A stretch of 64,000 nucleotides of DNA, from the NCBI GenBank assembly GCA_964016885.1, contig OZ024745.1, positions 41,726,001 to 41,790,000 of the forward strand, in the 5' to 3' direction. Below are positions 11,944 to 25,656 of this stretch, piece by piece (the first letter of the stretch is position 1; every line of letters starts with the position of its first letter). Under the pieces are notes generated by a model that was not told the origin of the DNA, made no database searches, and saw nothing but the letters and a program-made list of their open reading frames with translations. A program made the position numbers and the translations under genes. Source of the stretch: Eledone cirrhosa (Eukaryota).

Positions 11944-13841
11944 ATGTATGTGTGTGTGTGTGAGTGTGTGCGTGTGGTGTGTTTGTGTGTGTGTGTGTCT
12001 GTAAATAAGACCTTCAATTGCTCAAAGTTGAACATAAATACATCTAGAAAAAAACAAACTATCCATATATTCAAGCAAGCGTTGCACATAAACCCACATA
12101 AATCTTATATATAATGTCCCTATCGTATAAAAGTAAATCTCATCCGATTTCTAAACCATGCATTAACATTCCCGACAGAACAACCACATGCCTGCCACAA
12201 TTACTGGTTTGGAGTTGACGGACGTCATCATGCTACAATCGTCACGTAACTGGCAATTCACCATTACACTCAGAGCAACCACCCAAATATTCTCTGACCT
12301 TATATCTCCAATGAATCCCATCCGACATATAGACATACACCAAAATAAATTATAAGCTCTATAACCAGAAGTTACACCGATAAAACCCCCAAACCACCGA
12401 TTAAATTAATCTAAAACAGTTTACCACTTAACGAACCGAAAACCCTGCAATCACCCATTAGCCTAATCCAAATCCTTTCCTGCTTAACGAGCCGATGAAA
12501 CCAATCAAACTAACAGTGTGAAGCCATGGGCTTAGCTAATGAGTCACCAAATAAATGGCCATTAAGACTTTATATCAAACCAAAACAAATTAAAGCAAGC
12601 TCAGATAACACGAAAATAAAAATAGGAAATTCGAATCAGAAATCTGTTTCTAAACTATATGAAATTATATATATTAACTAAATGTATAAAACATAACCTA
12701 CAATTAAAAACAAGAAACTTAAGAAAGATATTGAAATTTATCTAAATAAGTTATTTAATAAAATATTATCTAAAAATAATATATACTTGGGTTTTGTATT
12801 TGTTTTACAAACTCTTTCATGTGAATTCATGCGTTGAAACAGACATTGTTATATTTTAGAAGTCCTGGTGCCAATAATACTCATGCACCGGCCGTGTTTC
12901 ACTTCAGTTTTAATATTAGTCAGGTACCTTATCTACCCTTGCGTTAGTTTAGTGGAATATTTAATAGTGAAATCGCTTTCATTACACATCTTCTGACCTT
13001 ATCAATGATTATTGCTTCATTTTCTCTTCTTCATATCCACACATAGAGCCTATTCAGAAGATAAATTCTACTCAGTCGTTCTTCAAGATCTCTCTGAACT
13101 CTAACCTCACTTTCTTTTTTAAAAAAGATTACAGAATGTAATCCCAGAAAATCAGTACTGGGATGTCTTTTATCATAGATTTGTTTTATCAAGGCCACCA
13201 GAGGCTAATCATTGACTACTTTCTTAGAAACGCCAATGAAATTCATCACTCATATAGGACGAGAGATACTGATACCCACCTTAATGATATTTTTAAAAAC
13301 AGGACAGGCGAGTGCCCTGCTACCTGTATTGAGAGATGTACGATGGACGCACAAAGGTTGCGTATCCCGAGACCCCAAACGGTGTCTATAACGGAACATA
13401 CCTTTAACAATTGGCAACTGGAACGTTACAATCCTTACAGACGATGGGCAGGAACTAGCGGAGGTGGCCAGATGCCCCCAACTAGATATAGTCGGGTTAG
13501 TGAATTTGTAGAGGAACACCCGCCTCGATTTTAGTGGGGAAAAACGTTTTTCTTCATTTTTTTTTCTTGTACTATCAACTAATCTAACCTCCAAAGATGT
13601 TCGCAATCGATCTTTATTCCGGGAAAACGGAAGAGTGAGGTAGGCGCGCCCACAGATCACTCCTTCCTCTTCGAAGTTTTCTCTACAAGTCTTTTCACGT
13701 GTCAGCAACGAATATCACTTAGGAACCAATCGGAAACGACTAGTATTGTAGAAAAAGGAAGGGGAAAGTGCGCAGAAAGACCATCGGAGTTCCGCATATA
13801 TACACCCCACTCGCGTTTAGTTGGAAATAATTATTTTTCTT

Positions 13842-14022
13842 CGTTTTTTCCCCGTGTACTATTAACTAATCTGACCGCCAAGATACTCGCAATCGACTTT
13901 TTCCCAGGAAAATGGAAACCCTAACCCTATCGCTAACCTTATCTCTAAACCTAATCCGGGAAAAAGGTCGATTGCGAACTGTTTGGGCGTCAGTTTAATT
14001 GATAGCACATGAAAAAAAAACG
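13842..14022. repeat. Inverted repeat enclosing a degenerate (CCCTAA)n tract, with a third direct copy at ~13552-13625
   Basis: Arms ~13842-13909 and ~13955-14022 (tcgcaatcgactttttccc / gggaaaaaggtcgattgcga). Loop aaccctaaccctatcgctaaccttatctctaaacctaa. Confidence 0.7.
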
Positions 14023-14147
14023 GCATTTTCTAATGTACCTGAGGTGCATCTGGGAGCGGTGACTAACGTCACAGAGGCTGAGGTCAACAAAGCAATTAAA
14101 GGGCTGAACTCTGGCAAGTCCTCTTAAGCGTATGATGTCTGGGATCT

Positions 14148-14198
<51 letters not shown>

Positions 14199-14810
14199 AC
14201 TGAGTAAGGGTCAGTGAACCATATTTTCTGTAGTTGTGCATTGATTATCTTCAGCTCGGCCATTGTTAAGCAGCCTTATGATAAGAAGCTTTGCAGCCAT
14301 GACTATCCCAGTGCTCTCTTTTTAGAAATCCTATACCTAACTAATACTAAGTTATTTAATATAGATGGGGAGTAATTTAATAAAAGATTTCAGTGTTTTC
14401 AAGATCTTTTCTATGCGTTTTGTTTAAAATATAGGACAAGAACTTAAGAAATAATATTAAAATAAAACATTGTAACAACACCATGAAGTCGTCATTCAGA
14501 CTCGTATAAGATAGAATAATAGAAACATGTCTAAATGATAGACTTGAAAGAAAAATCTATCCAAAATCTGAATAATAACAGCTATTCTACCAGATGAATT
14601 ATATGAATTATCATTTTAGAAATAAACTTCGAAATTTTGAATTTTTTTTTCTCTCTGAATGTGCAAAAATATTCAAGGTAAAGAAATAATATCGAATGGC
14701 ATTGATACATTATTGATTATAAAATCGAATTGAAAATTTATTTAGTTCAAGTATTTTCTTATTTATTCAAAATATTACTTGAAAAAACAAGTAATTTCTA
14801 TCTGAGAGAA

Positions 14811-14990
14811 GGCTGCGAATTGTCAGAGTCGATAGAACGCCAGAATTATTCGTGGTATTTGTTTCGACTCTTTGTGCTCACTGAGTTCAAATTCCGCCGA
14901 GGTCGACTTTACCTTACATCTTTTTGAAGTCGATAAAAAATGCCCCAGTTAAGTACTAGGTGATATTCTTTAACTCACATCCTCTCTCAA
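14811..14990 (+). mobile_element. SINE copy
   Basis: ctgagttcaaattccgccgaggtcgactttacc..gtcgataaaa matches the SINE at 5288. Confidence 0.75.
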
Positions 14991-15230
14991 ACACACTTGC
15001 CCTGTCTCTTCTATTCAGGAAGAAATCGGCGGTGCTCCACCAAGAGAGGCATAAGCTCTGCCAAATTAAAACTGCCCAAAATACACTTCTATGATTACAT
15101 CGGGAGTTAGGAGTCCATACTTACATCTAGCTGAGAAATAAAATTTTGTTTTTTAAAGTAGTTTACTGCCAACCAAGGAACTTTGAAACAGACACACCAA
15201 ATGTATTGTTTATTTTACTAGGTCACATAC

Positions 15231-15333
15231 CCGAATCATGATCGTCATCTTTTTTCCTTTTTTGGGATCTCTGTTGACCTTTTTTCGTGTCCAAAGTGTT
15301 TTCTTGATTCTGTCTTCGCGCTAACTTTTTCAC
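15231..15333 (-). CDS. Lmx1: Lmx1 exon: end of homeodomain and basic post-homeodomain region
   Basis: Acceptor ttttataattag, donor gtatgt; 103 nt, phase 0 to 1. Translates VKKLARRQNQENTLDTKKGQQRSQKRKKDDDHDS, continuing RAK|xKKLARR as in LMX1 proteins. Confidence 0.9.
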
Positions 15334-15642
15334 CTAATTATAAAATGGGAAAAATACAGTGAATTATATTTATTTGCAAAATGTTATTCCCAAGAAGGTT
15401 AACACTGAACAGAATATTTCATAGTGTTCTTATTACAATAACTAAATACTTGCTAATTGATTTAAGATTTAACACCCTATTCTCATATTTAGCAAATAAT
15501 ACAACACAGGCTTTATGTATGAATATACGTAGGCAAATCAATTATTCTATCAACCATTCTATCTAACATATTTTATATGCACCCTCCCACGCACACACAC
15601 ACACAGGCATATATATATATATATTTATTTATTTGTGTGTAG

Positions 15643-15700
<58 letters not shown>

Positions 15701-15702
15701 TG

Positions 15703-15774
<72 letters not shown>

Positions 15775-15776
15775 TG

Positions 15777-15824
<48 letters not shown>

Positions 15825-16350
15825 CCATTACATATATATATATACATTTATATATATATATACATATATGTATATATATATATATTTATATGTAATTGAA
15901 TATAAAAGAAAGACGAACACAGATATATACTTATATGTGTTCAAATCAGATTCGCTAAGGTGAAAAGACCAGATTCGCTAAGGTGAAAAGAATACTAACT
16001 ATAGACAATAGGCTTTGCCTGACTCAATTTAAGAATAAATCAAGGAAATAAATACAAACCGGAATTGTGGTAACTACCAATCACCCAGACAGCTTTTGGT
16101 ACTGCTGTTTCGCAAAATTAATTGTAAATAAGAATGCCAATTCTTGCTCATCAATGGGTGGAGAATTAGTATCCTAGACACTTCTAAGTATATTAAGAAA
16201 CTGCATAGTGTACGTATATATAACAACGTACATGATATCTGAACTTAGCGTGTCTCACAAACTTACACCACTGAAAAATCTCATTCCTAGAGCTATTTTA
16301 TTGTAAGAGACTATTTTGAGTTTCTAACTCAATATATACCTTTGATATAT

Positions 16351-16411
<61 letters not shown>

Positions 16412-16481
16412 CATATATATATATATATATATGTGTGTGTGCGTGTGTGTGTGTGAAAATGTACACTTATATACATATATG

Positions 16482-17754
16482 CGAGGGGAAGTCACAAATT
16501 ATACGGTCTCTTGTAATTTTTTTAAAACAAAAGCAAGGGTTGACCAATGAAAATACCTACAACAAAGTCTTTTTGCCTTTCGATATACTTCTTCCAGCGG
16601 TACAGAAGCTTGCTTAATCCACTGGAGAAGAAGGTTTTCAGCTGGTTGCAGAACAATTTACGCATCGCTTCCTTCACTTTTTCGTACGTAGCAAATCGAT
16701 GACCTCGTAAAAAAAAGTTTGAGCGATCCCCCCAAAAAAGTAATAGTTGGAATGGGCGAGATCTTGACTGTAAGCAGGGTGTTCAAGAGACTCGAAACCT
16801 AATTTTTCAATGGTTTTAAAAGTTTGGACGGCCGTATTTGGGCGTGAATTGTCGTGCAACAATAAACTTCGTGTTGACAATAAACTTCGGTGTTTGGGGT
16901 GAATTGTTGGTTTCATTTTGTTGTCCAGCATTTCACTCGGGTTTATATTGGCGACTGTAAACCTTGTTTTCCAGTATAGGCTCCTTTCCATCCCCAAAAT
17001 AGTTCGCATTACATTTTCTGCGGAAGGTTGTCTTGGGTTTCTTTTCCGTTTGTGATGCCGAAGTTTCCACTCCATACTCTGCCTTCTGGATTGTGACACA
17101 AAGTGACGGACTCAAGTCTCATCTCCTATGAATATTTTCCCCAAAGACACTTCGCCGTCTTCGTAGCAGTCGAGTAAGCATTGACAGATCACAACATGAT
17201 TTCACTTATGATCTTCGGTAAGCTTTTTTGACACCCATCCCGCTTGTCTTGTCGTGGACGGTTTCGTATGCAGAACCATGACTAATTTACAGAGAACATA
17301 CCACATCACCGAAGGTCACTCATCGGTTCGCCAGATCCATATCTCGAGCTTGTTGAATCATCACGTCAGTGGTGGAGATTGATGGGCGTCCTTCTTCCTT
17401 TTCGTGCCTCAGGCTTGTCCACTTATTTTTAAACTTCTCAATCCAATCATACACACTTCTTTGCGGTAGAGCACTGTCCCCGTATTGTACTGAAAGTCTG
17501 CGATGAATTTCAGCGCTTGACACACATTCTGACCATTGAAATTGGTCACTGATTACCGTTCTTCCTTGGTGCACACTTTCAATGGAGCGGCCATATTTAC
17601 TCTGTAACGCAAGAAAGAAAACTGGAGCGACCAAGATCAAATCTCGGTTACGTAACCAAAAGGGTATCACCTTTCAGCACGCAAGCGCTGAAGGCAATGT
17701 AGCCAACCTAAATAAAGTTTTGGCGAAGTGTGGATAATTTTTGACATCTCTTCG
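16482..17754 (-). mobile_element. Decayed full-length Tc1/mariner (mariner) DNA transposon
   Basis: About 1.27 kb with imperfect TIRs (cgaggggaagtcacaaattat / ataatttttgacatctcttcg) and TA on the right. Minus-strand frames give the HTH region SAEIHRRLSVQYGDSALPQRSVYDWIEKFK..EGRPS, WVSKKL (WVPxxL), IGDET*V, LLHDNSRP and HPAYSQDLAHSN (YSPDLAPSD). Contains stops and frameshifts. Confidence 0.92.
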
Positions 17755-17911
17755 TATTTAAATGGTTCAAACATTAACTGAACGAGCACTCAATGATGGT
17801 GGGTAGAGTGTAGAAATGTCGTTTTTAAGTAGTAAATTGATAGTGAATTCGAAGTATCATCGTAGGCGCTTTATCTGAGGGAAAGACTAAGCTGAAACTT
17901 CGATGTTACTG

Positions 17912-17954
<43 letters not shown>

Positions 17955-18434
17955 GTATAAAATCAATCTGCATCTCCCCATGCATTGAGTACTCCCAAGA
18001 TAAGTAGTCTCCCCGGTCTCAGCATCACTGGCTAATATATATATGTATATATATATAGCTCCTTCCGCCAAGAACGGTGTATTAGCGTCCAGTTAGATCA
18101 AGTGGACGAGCTACTTATTGAAATATGCGGAATACCTGAAAACACAGGCACACGTAGCTGTAACCTAATTCGTAAGTAGAATTCGAATGATACAGTCTGA
18201 CAAGTTTGCACTCTTGAATTACCTGTATAGTTCATCAAAGCAATGGACGGCCCGGGCCTATAGAAAAATATACCAGGCCGTGTGATCAAACTCGGGACCT
18301 CTTGATTACGAAGCAAACTACATAAACAAGCCGTCTTACTTGCATCCTAGAAACAATGATATGTATCTATGTATGGATAGATGGATGTAAGTATTTATTA
18401 TATTATTATATTACTGATATATATAGATATACAC

Positions 18435-18577
<143 letters not shown>

Positions 18578-18803
18578 TGTGGATAAGTGTGTGATGTATC
18601 TACACGTGCTTGTTTTGTTTGATCAACCTATTCTTTCCCTTCATCTTATGTTTCATGAAGGTTATGATACATGAAAAAGAAATACTAGACAGAAATAATA
18701 TTGTAAATACGACACGATTCTTTTCTTTCTTAGAAGAAGAACTGGCACTTAAAAGTTGTAAATGAAATGAAGTTATATTTAAACACAGTAAGAAACTATT
18801 TAC

Positions 18804-18881
18804 TTTTGCTCGCTGATTCTGGAACCACACCTGGACCACTCTGACACTTAGACCGGTTTCCGCTGCCAATGATTCTCTTAC
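18804..18881 (-). CDS. Lmx1: Lmx1 exon: homeodomain helices 2-3
   Basis: Acceptor gttttgcag, donor gtaaat; 78 nt, phase 0 to 0. Translates [26 protein letters not shown] (LMX1-type WFQNQRAK). Confidence 0.97.
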
Positions 18882-19444
18882 CTGCAAAACACACAAGAAA
18901 ATTATAAGATATTTGATACCATACACACTTCTAATACAGTTCGGGGTTTATCTCTTCAATATCTCAAAAGAAAGCATTCGTCTGCCGTATTATTTTTCAG
19001 CTAACCTGAACCTAAGCTAAATTTCATCATTCATGCAGTTGGCACTCCAGCTGATCTGTTATTGATTTATAGATAATATTTCCATGATTCCGACCTTCAA
19101 ACGGCGGTCTTAAACACTAATCGATTCTTTCAATGCCTTTTTGATATTAATATAAAAGTTACCGATTGATGCTATGGAAGTATTTTTATTAAAAATATGC
19201 TTTTGATATTGTTTATTGATATTCCGAGATTACCGCGTATGTGTGTGTATGTCTGTGTGTGAATAACTGTATGTATATAAATCTGTGTATTTTCGTTTGT
19301 ATGTTTATATACTATATATATATATATATATATATGTGGGGGGGGGGGTATTTGTGTATAAGAGTGTATGCGAGATATGTACACACGCATACAACCATAT
19401 GAGTATGCGTTCATGCGTATTTGTGTGTATATATGGATACGTTT

Positions 19445-19487
<43 letters not shown>

Positions 19488-20176
19488 TGTATATATGTGT
19501 GTGTATATCAAGCAAAGACATAATACCCCACCGACAAACATGTACATAAATATGCGGAGATGTGAGCGCCTGTCACAAGTATATGTCTGTCTGAATTACA
19601 TTGGCAAAGGTATTTTTTGGCAAGATATATTTGTTGGTCCAGATTATGTTAATGTCAAAATGTACTAAAACTTAGAGAACTTAGATTTAATATACGGCTG
19701 ATAAGGTGGCAGATGATAGAATCATGGATTTTCTTGAAAATGTATTAGTATTATTTTTCTCATATCATTCGAAGACAATTATGGACAAATAAATAAACCT
19801 CTTATGTAAAAGTAAAAATAACGCTTTACGGTATTGTAAGATTAGTTTTTATGTCTTGAGTTCAAATCCAAGCAAGTATTTTGAATTTCTTTTAGTGTTA
19901 ACAGAGATGCTTCACCCGATTCTCTCAACTTTTATTTATAGTGAGTTACATTGGCGTGACTACATTTTAATTTTAAATGTTCGCATAGCTAATATATATA
20001 AAGAGTCACAAATGAACCTAGAAACTTCGCCTCCGCGATCATTTCTACGCCTGAGTAAACTGGATCACCGCGAAAAATCTAGTGTCTTTCTCAAGGACAC
20101 CCGGTCTAAGAATCAAACTCACAACCTCCCGATTGCTCTAATCACTAAACCATGCGCATTCACATATACATATGTG

Positions 20177-20229
<53 letters not shown>

Positions 20230-20357
20230 CAAGGTCTAGCAAATAGAGAAAAAGTTTACTATACGTGCCTTTACCGCGGTTTCATGCTCCAGAATAAACG
20301 GAAAATCCAAGCGGATTTCCATTGAGAAGGGAGCAATATATATATATAATATACATA

Positions 20358-20411
<54 letters not shown>

Positions 20412-20650
20412 GGGGGGGGGAGAGAAAGAGAGAAGAAAAGGTGCTATTCTAGTCGTATGCGTGAAATCAACAGATTGTATGCATTATGTATAAGATAATG
20501 CAGTTTCAATTTAGAATGCTTTTATTTCATACCCACTAGTATATATTTTCTTTCACTAGTATACATTCCATAGTCACCGATATAACGACAGGCTGAACGA
20601 CAGCTGCGATGACATTCAGCGTGGTGGCCATGATAGCAACAACAGCAATA

Positions 20651-20806
20651 ATAATAATAATGATTTCTTATATAGGCACAAGGCCAGCAATTTTGGGAGA
20701 GGAGAAAGTTGATTAAATCGATCCCAGTGCGTGACTGGTACTTTATTTTACCAACTCTGTAAGGATGAAAGGCAAAGTTAACCTCGGCGGAATTTGAACT
20801 CAGAAG
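20651..20806 (-). mobile_element. SINE copy (5'-truncated), followed by a second 3' fragment at ~20812-20885
   Basis: aataataatgatttc..ggcacaaggccagcaatttt..aaggatgaaaggcaaagttaacctcggcggaatttgaactcagaa is the reverse complement of the SINE body. Confidence 0.8.
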
Positions 20807-21276
20807 GTATAATAATAATTGTTTCTAGTTTAGGCATAAGGCCAACAATTTGAGGGGAGGTAAAACTCAATTGAATCGACTCCAACTTTCTTTGTTAGCC
20901 ACGAGGACTGAAAAACAAGGGACAATACAAATGGATAAGAACATTTATATAATTAATCTTGTAAACAAAGATAAGAGTTAGCAAAATAATAATAAATTAA
21001 TCTACATGATGGAGGCTGTCCATAGCCGAATCCGCCCTATACGCTGTAATAGCTAGTTAGTTCTTTCTCGTCGACGCCCAGAGTTTCTTGAAGTAAAGAC
21101 ATAATAATGGTCGGAGTGTCAGATGACACGGCGTGATATAGTGTATATATATGTGTAGCCAATATTACAAGAAAAATAAATTTTTATTTTTCTACTGAAA
21201 TATATTACTAAAATTGAGATGAGTTTTTGTACGGCAGGGTAAAAAAAATATTAACTAAAAACACATTTTCACTTAC

Positions 21277-21413
21277 TTTTCGACATGGTTTGGGATTTAC
21301 TTCGAAGGATGCTTTGAATTTTCTTCTTTGACTTGTAGTTAAAATAGTTCGCGGCCGCTTTGGACCTTTGGCTGTTTCACCTTCAACGTCATCAAAACTT
21401 TCCCCATCATCAC
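21277..21413 (-). CDS. Lmx1: Lmx1 exon: acidic linker and N-terminal half of homeodomain
   Basis: Acceptor tcaacag, donor gtaagt; 137 nt, phase 1 to 0. Translates (S)[45 protein letters not shown], matching the LMX1 homeodomain start [29 protein letters not shown]. This frame is absent from the ORF track. Confidence 0.96.
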
Positions 21414-22719
21414 CTGTTGAGATGAAATGAAAGAAAGGAAAAGAAAATATATGAATTGATTTGATAAATAGAAAATGTTCATGATAACAATACAGATGTG
21501 TCCCTTTATGTCTCTATCCATTGGCTTCTAAAATCCAATTATGTGGACAGTTTTGAGAGCACATAGATAAAAAAGAAATTTGAATGTGAATTTGAAAATA
21601 TTGTGGAGGTGGAGGAAATGAAAAGATCATTATTCAGGTAAAACATAAAGAAAGGGTAAAATATTGAAAAGGGTTTGAAATGATAAATGGACGAAAAGGC
21701 AACCGAAGTATTATTGAAAGTTTCGTGTTTTTTCACGAAACAGTTCTTTGCAGTAATATTTGCTAGGAATAGGATGGTGTATGGACAGAATTAATATGGC
21801 TTCAATTAAGTACCACAAAATATCTAGTTATGCTTCGTTGTGTTCTGAGTTCAAATTTCGTCTTGGCCAACATTGCATTTTAACCCCCTGAGTTCGATGA
21901 AATAAAGTACAAGTTAAGTAATGTCAGCAGGGACTACACCCCCACCTAGAATTTGTAAAATCAATATTTGGTAGGGAAGAAATTTATGTTTATTGGAATT
22001 ATAGGAAACGTATAATATTACACGTGCTCAGTGATGGTCTGAATTTTTCTCACTTGTAGATATAACTAGAACTTCTTTTATGCCCGACATAGCAAAACGT
22101 GCTTCTACTGATTCTCAATCTTCACCTTTTTTAACTGCTCAATGTAACAGCACTTTAGTGTAATTTATGGAAAAATAGGAAGCAAATAGATACATTGAGA
22201 ACTTAAAATACACTAATTGTTATCACTGATTTCCATGTGAATGAAGATTATACTTCAACAAAAATCTTAGTGCAATTCAAAAAGAATTATTTAGAATTAG
22301 CAAAAGTATTTAAAGACAATTGTTTCAAGTAGGAAATAATCCCACGTCAAATCGAGTCCATGAAAGTGTTTGTTTCACGCTTGAAGGGATTTCACTTTAC
22401 TTATGTAAACGTAAACGTTCTAACATTTAAATTTATTTTCTCAGGTGTCAACAATGCTCTCTGACCATTAATGGACATCGATCGTTGTGTCCATAAAAAT
22501 ACCTTTGTAAGGATAGAGCCAATTAAATTGAAACCGTCACTGGGAATCTGAACAAAATTTGTACATAATTGAGTTCAAATACAACAACGATTTCAAAAAC
22601 ACTAGTTTGTACTGTCATCATGTAGTACTAACATAAATTACGTACAATGAGATACTAGTTTGTAAGGGTATAGCTACGTAAGCTACCGAAACACTTGTTC
22701 GTTATATAATGCTACTAAG

Positions 22720-22925
22720 ATTGGCAGAATCAATAGAGAATCGGACAAAATACTTTGTAGCATTTAGTTCAGGCTCTTCAGGATCTGAGTTCAAATCCCG
22801 CTGCGGTCACCTTTGCTTTTTATCTTTTAGGAGTCGATAGAATAAGTGTCAATCACCTACTGTGGTTGATATAATCGATTTGCTTCTTCAAATTGATGAC
22901 CTTCTGCTAATGTAAAAAATAATTA
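22720..22925 (+). mobile_element. SINE copy
   Basis: ttggcagaatc (A box), ctgagttcaaatcccg (B box), tttgctttttatcttttaggagtcgatagaataag. Confidence 0.75.
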
Positions 22926-23845
22926 TGCATCCAAAATAGAAATTGTTATAAAAGGTTTTGTTGCTTGATGGATCAGCAGAATTTAACAACTCATATTCAT
23001 TGCATCTGTTTACAACTAAGTGTAAAGGTTATTTTTTGTAAGGTGTCTTGACCACAGAAATAGTGGTATGTAAGTGGCAGGATATGAACAGTAAAACAGC
23101 TAAAATACTTTATCGGCACTATATTAAAACATAGAAAATAATAGCTTCAACATTCATACTGAAATTTAATTATAGATATTTTAGTTTGCGTTAATTAATT
23201 TACAAATATGTTGTAAATATGTGATATTTGACGATTAATTAATGATTTCATAAGAAAGTCGAAATATATACCACGTGTCGTATTAAATTAAATTGGTCTT
23301 CTTTCTTTCTTTCTTTCCTTCCTTCATTCTTTCGCTAGTTTTACTGTTTTTGTATCGGTTTCAATAAATTAGCAAGCGAAGAATGAAAAATTAAAATTCG
23401 TATTGTCTTTGAAAAACAATAATGCAACTTTAATCTAAAATGTAATTTAAGAAATTATAGAAAACAATTTCGATGAAATAGTAGAAATAACGAAGCAAGC
23501 AAATAAAGTATTATAAAAGTATATACAAACAACAGTTACGACTAAACACTTGAGAAATAGAAATAATGAAACGAAGAAAAAAAAGAACACAATTATAACT
23601 ATACCAATAAACAAAACAAATATGTTTTCAATTTCATATTTTCATATTTATTTGTGAAGAGGAATGAAAGTTAGAAAGAAAGGAATAAGGAAATAATGAG
23701 AGAGAAAGAGAGAGAGAGGGAGAGAGAGCGAGAGAGAGAGGGGGGAGCGTGAAAGGGGCGGGGGCTCGAGAGAAAGAGAACGAAAAAGAGGTGCAAAAAG
23801 CAACTCGCTAAGACAGATGTATGATATATATATATGATATATATA

Positions 23846-23894
<49 letters not shown>

Positions 23895-23908
23895 ATTATA
23901 TATATTTT

Positions 23909-23959
<51 letters not shown>

Positions 23960-24227
23960 ATGTATGTCAAAAGATAGAGTGAGACAGATAATTAAAAGAT
24001 AGAGAGAGAGAGGAAAGTAAAAGTGGTGGTTGTGTGATGGGGCTGGGGTGGGGTTGGGGTGCGTATAACGAATTTCGGTAAAGTGGCTTGCTTGGCTTGC
24101 AAAAGTAAACATAGCGCTGAAAGTCAAACAAAACAAGGCAAAATGAAACAAACGAAAACAATGAAAAGAAACGCATACACAAGCACACTACTATTGTACA
24201 TAGACGCACGCACACATACACACAAAT

Positions 24228-24260
<33 letters not shown>

Positions 24261-24736
24261 CTTATACACAAGCAAACACCCCATGCATACATACATACAT
24301 ATACAATCATTTCTACAGTGACATATTATAACAAATGAACAAGCAACAATATTCATTGTTATTAAGAGACTAAATTATATCCAGAAACATAATTCTAAGA
24401 AAAAATAATGAAATACTTCTTTTCTTCATATCAGAGTATTTATTTGATTTCTTAGATATTTCCGTTTATTATCTTTTTGATTTCATTAAATGTAAAAGAT
24501 ATTCTGCTTTCCCTTGGTTCAAGCTTTTATAAGTTATAAAATATTCATAAAAATACAAATCAAATCAAATAAGATACTTTATTTTTTTTGTTTTCAACTT
24601 TCTCAAACGCAAAATATTATTTTCATTCTTCTTCTTCTTCTTCTTCTTCTTCAAGTGTTTATTATAATTATTTTTTTTGTCCAGCGCCATCCCGTGTGCA
24701 AGTTCTTGTGGCTAATAAAGAAATTATTATTATTAT

Positions 24737-25170
24737 TGGCAGTAACGGTAGAGCGTCGGACAACAAGCTTTGTGACATAGAGTTATGGCCATTTATATTC
24801 CGGGTTCAAATTCCACCAAGGTTAACTTTGCTTGTCTTCCTTACGGTGTCTATAAAATTAAGTATCAGTATTGAGGTTGATTTAATCAACTTTCCCCTTC
24901 CCCAAAAATTGCTGGCCTTGTGCCAAAATCAGAAACCATTATTATTGACAGCATCTGTAGAGCATCAGACACAATGCTTCGCAGCATAGAGTTGCGTCCA
25001 TTTACGTTCTGATTTCAAATCCCACCAACGTTAGCTGTGCCTTTCATCCGTACTGGGTCGATAAGATAAAATAAATCACCAGTAATGCCCTGGGATCGAT
25101 TTAATCGACTTTCCCCTCCCCTTCGAATTGCTGGCCTTGCTCCTTAAATAGAAAAAATTATTATTATTAT
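24737..25170 (+). mobile_element. Two head-to-tail SINE copies
   Basis: Copy 1 ~24737-24945 and copy 2 ~24946-25170, each with a B-box (ttcaaattcc / ttcaaatccc), ttgctggccttg and an (ATT)n tail. Confidence 0.8.
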
Positions 25171-25656
25171 TGTTGGTTTCTCAACTATGTGCCACGTTAT
25201 TTTTGCCCAGTGAGTTTTGAAATTTTCACCTGTATCTGAAACTTTTTTTTTTTTTTTGAATTTCTTTGTACATTTTCTGTGCCTAAAGCGACCAACTTCC
25301 ATCTTTTATCATTTCACCAACCCCTATAAATTAAAAAAAATATGGTGGATACCCAAGTGCCTTCCCTGAAAAGAAACAACAGCATGATATACGAAAAAAA
25401 GAAAAAAAAAGAGAACACAAAAGTCTTCTCGTACTGGTAGTACTACTGGTAGGAATTCAGTCATATGATAGCTAGATTTATCCTACATGTAACAACAGCT
25501 TTTCAATTGTGATCGATTCTTCCTCCATTCCATTAGCAGTTACGAGACCATACATACATCTATATCATACATATATCTATAATAGCTATTACAAACATAG
25601 TTACATGCTGCAGAGATACAATGAAAATATTTCGAGATTATTGGTGCTGAACTTAC

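Noticed and set aside
13163-13534. 123-aa ORF with ordinary composition
   Set aside because: No recognisable domain, antisense within an Lmx1 intron and adjacent to a repeat; likely a transposon relic or chance ORF.
15946-15992. Short tandem duplications (also ~39870-39915 and ~26384-26440)
   Set aside because: Ordinary ~20-bp local slippage duplications with no further structure.
17875-17912. ctgaggg..gaaacttcgatgtt as a hammerhead
   Set aside because: Core mismatch and no convincing stem I or stem II; at best a decayed remnant.
21339-21521. ORF-track frame '[13 protein letters not shown]..'
   Set aside because: Wrong frame; the homeodomain exon reads in a different frame after a phase 1 junction.
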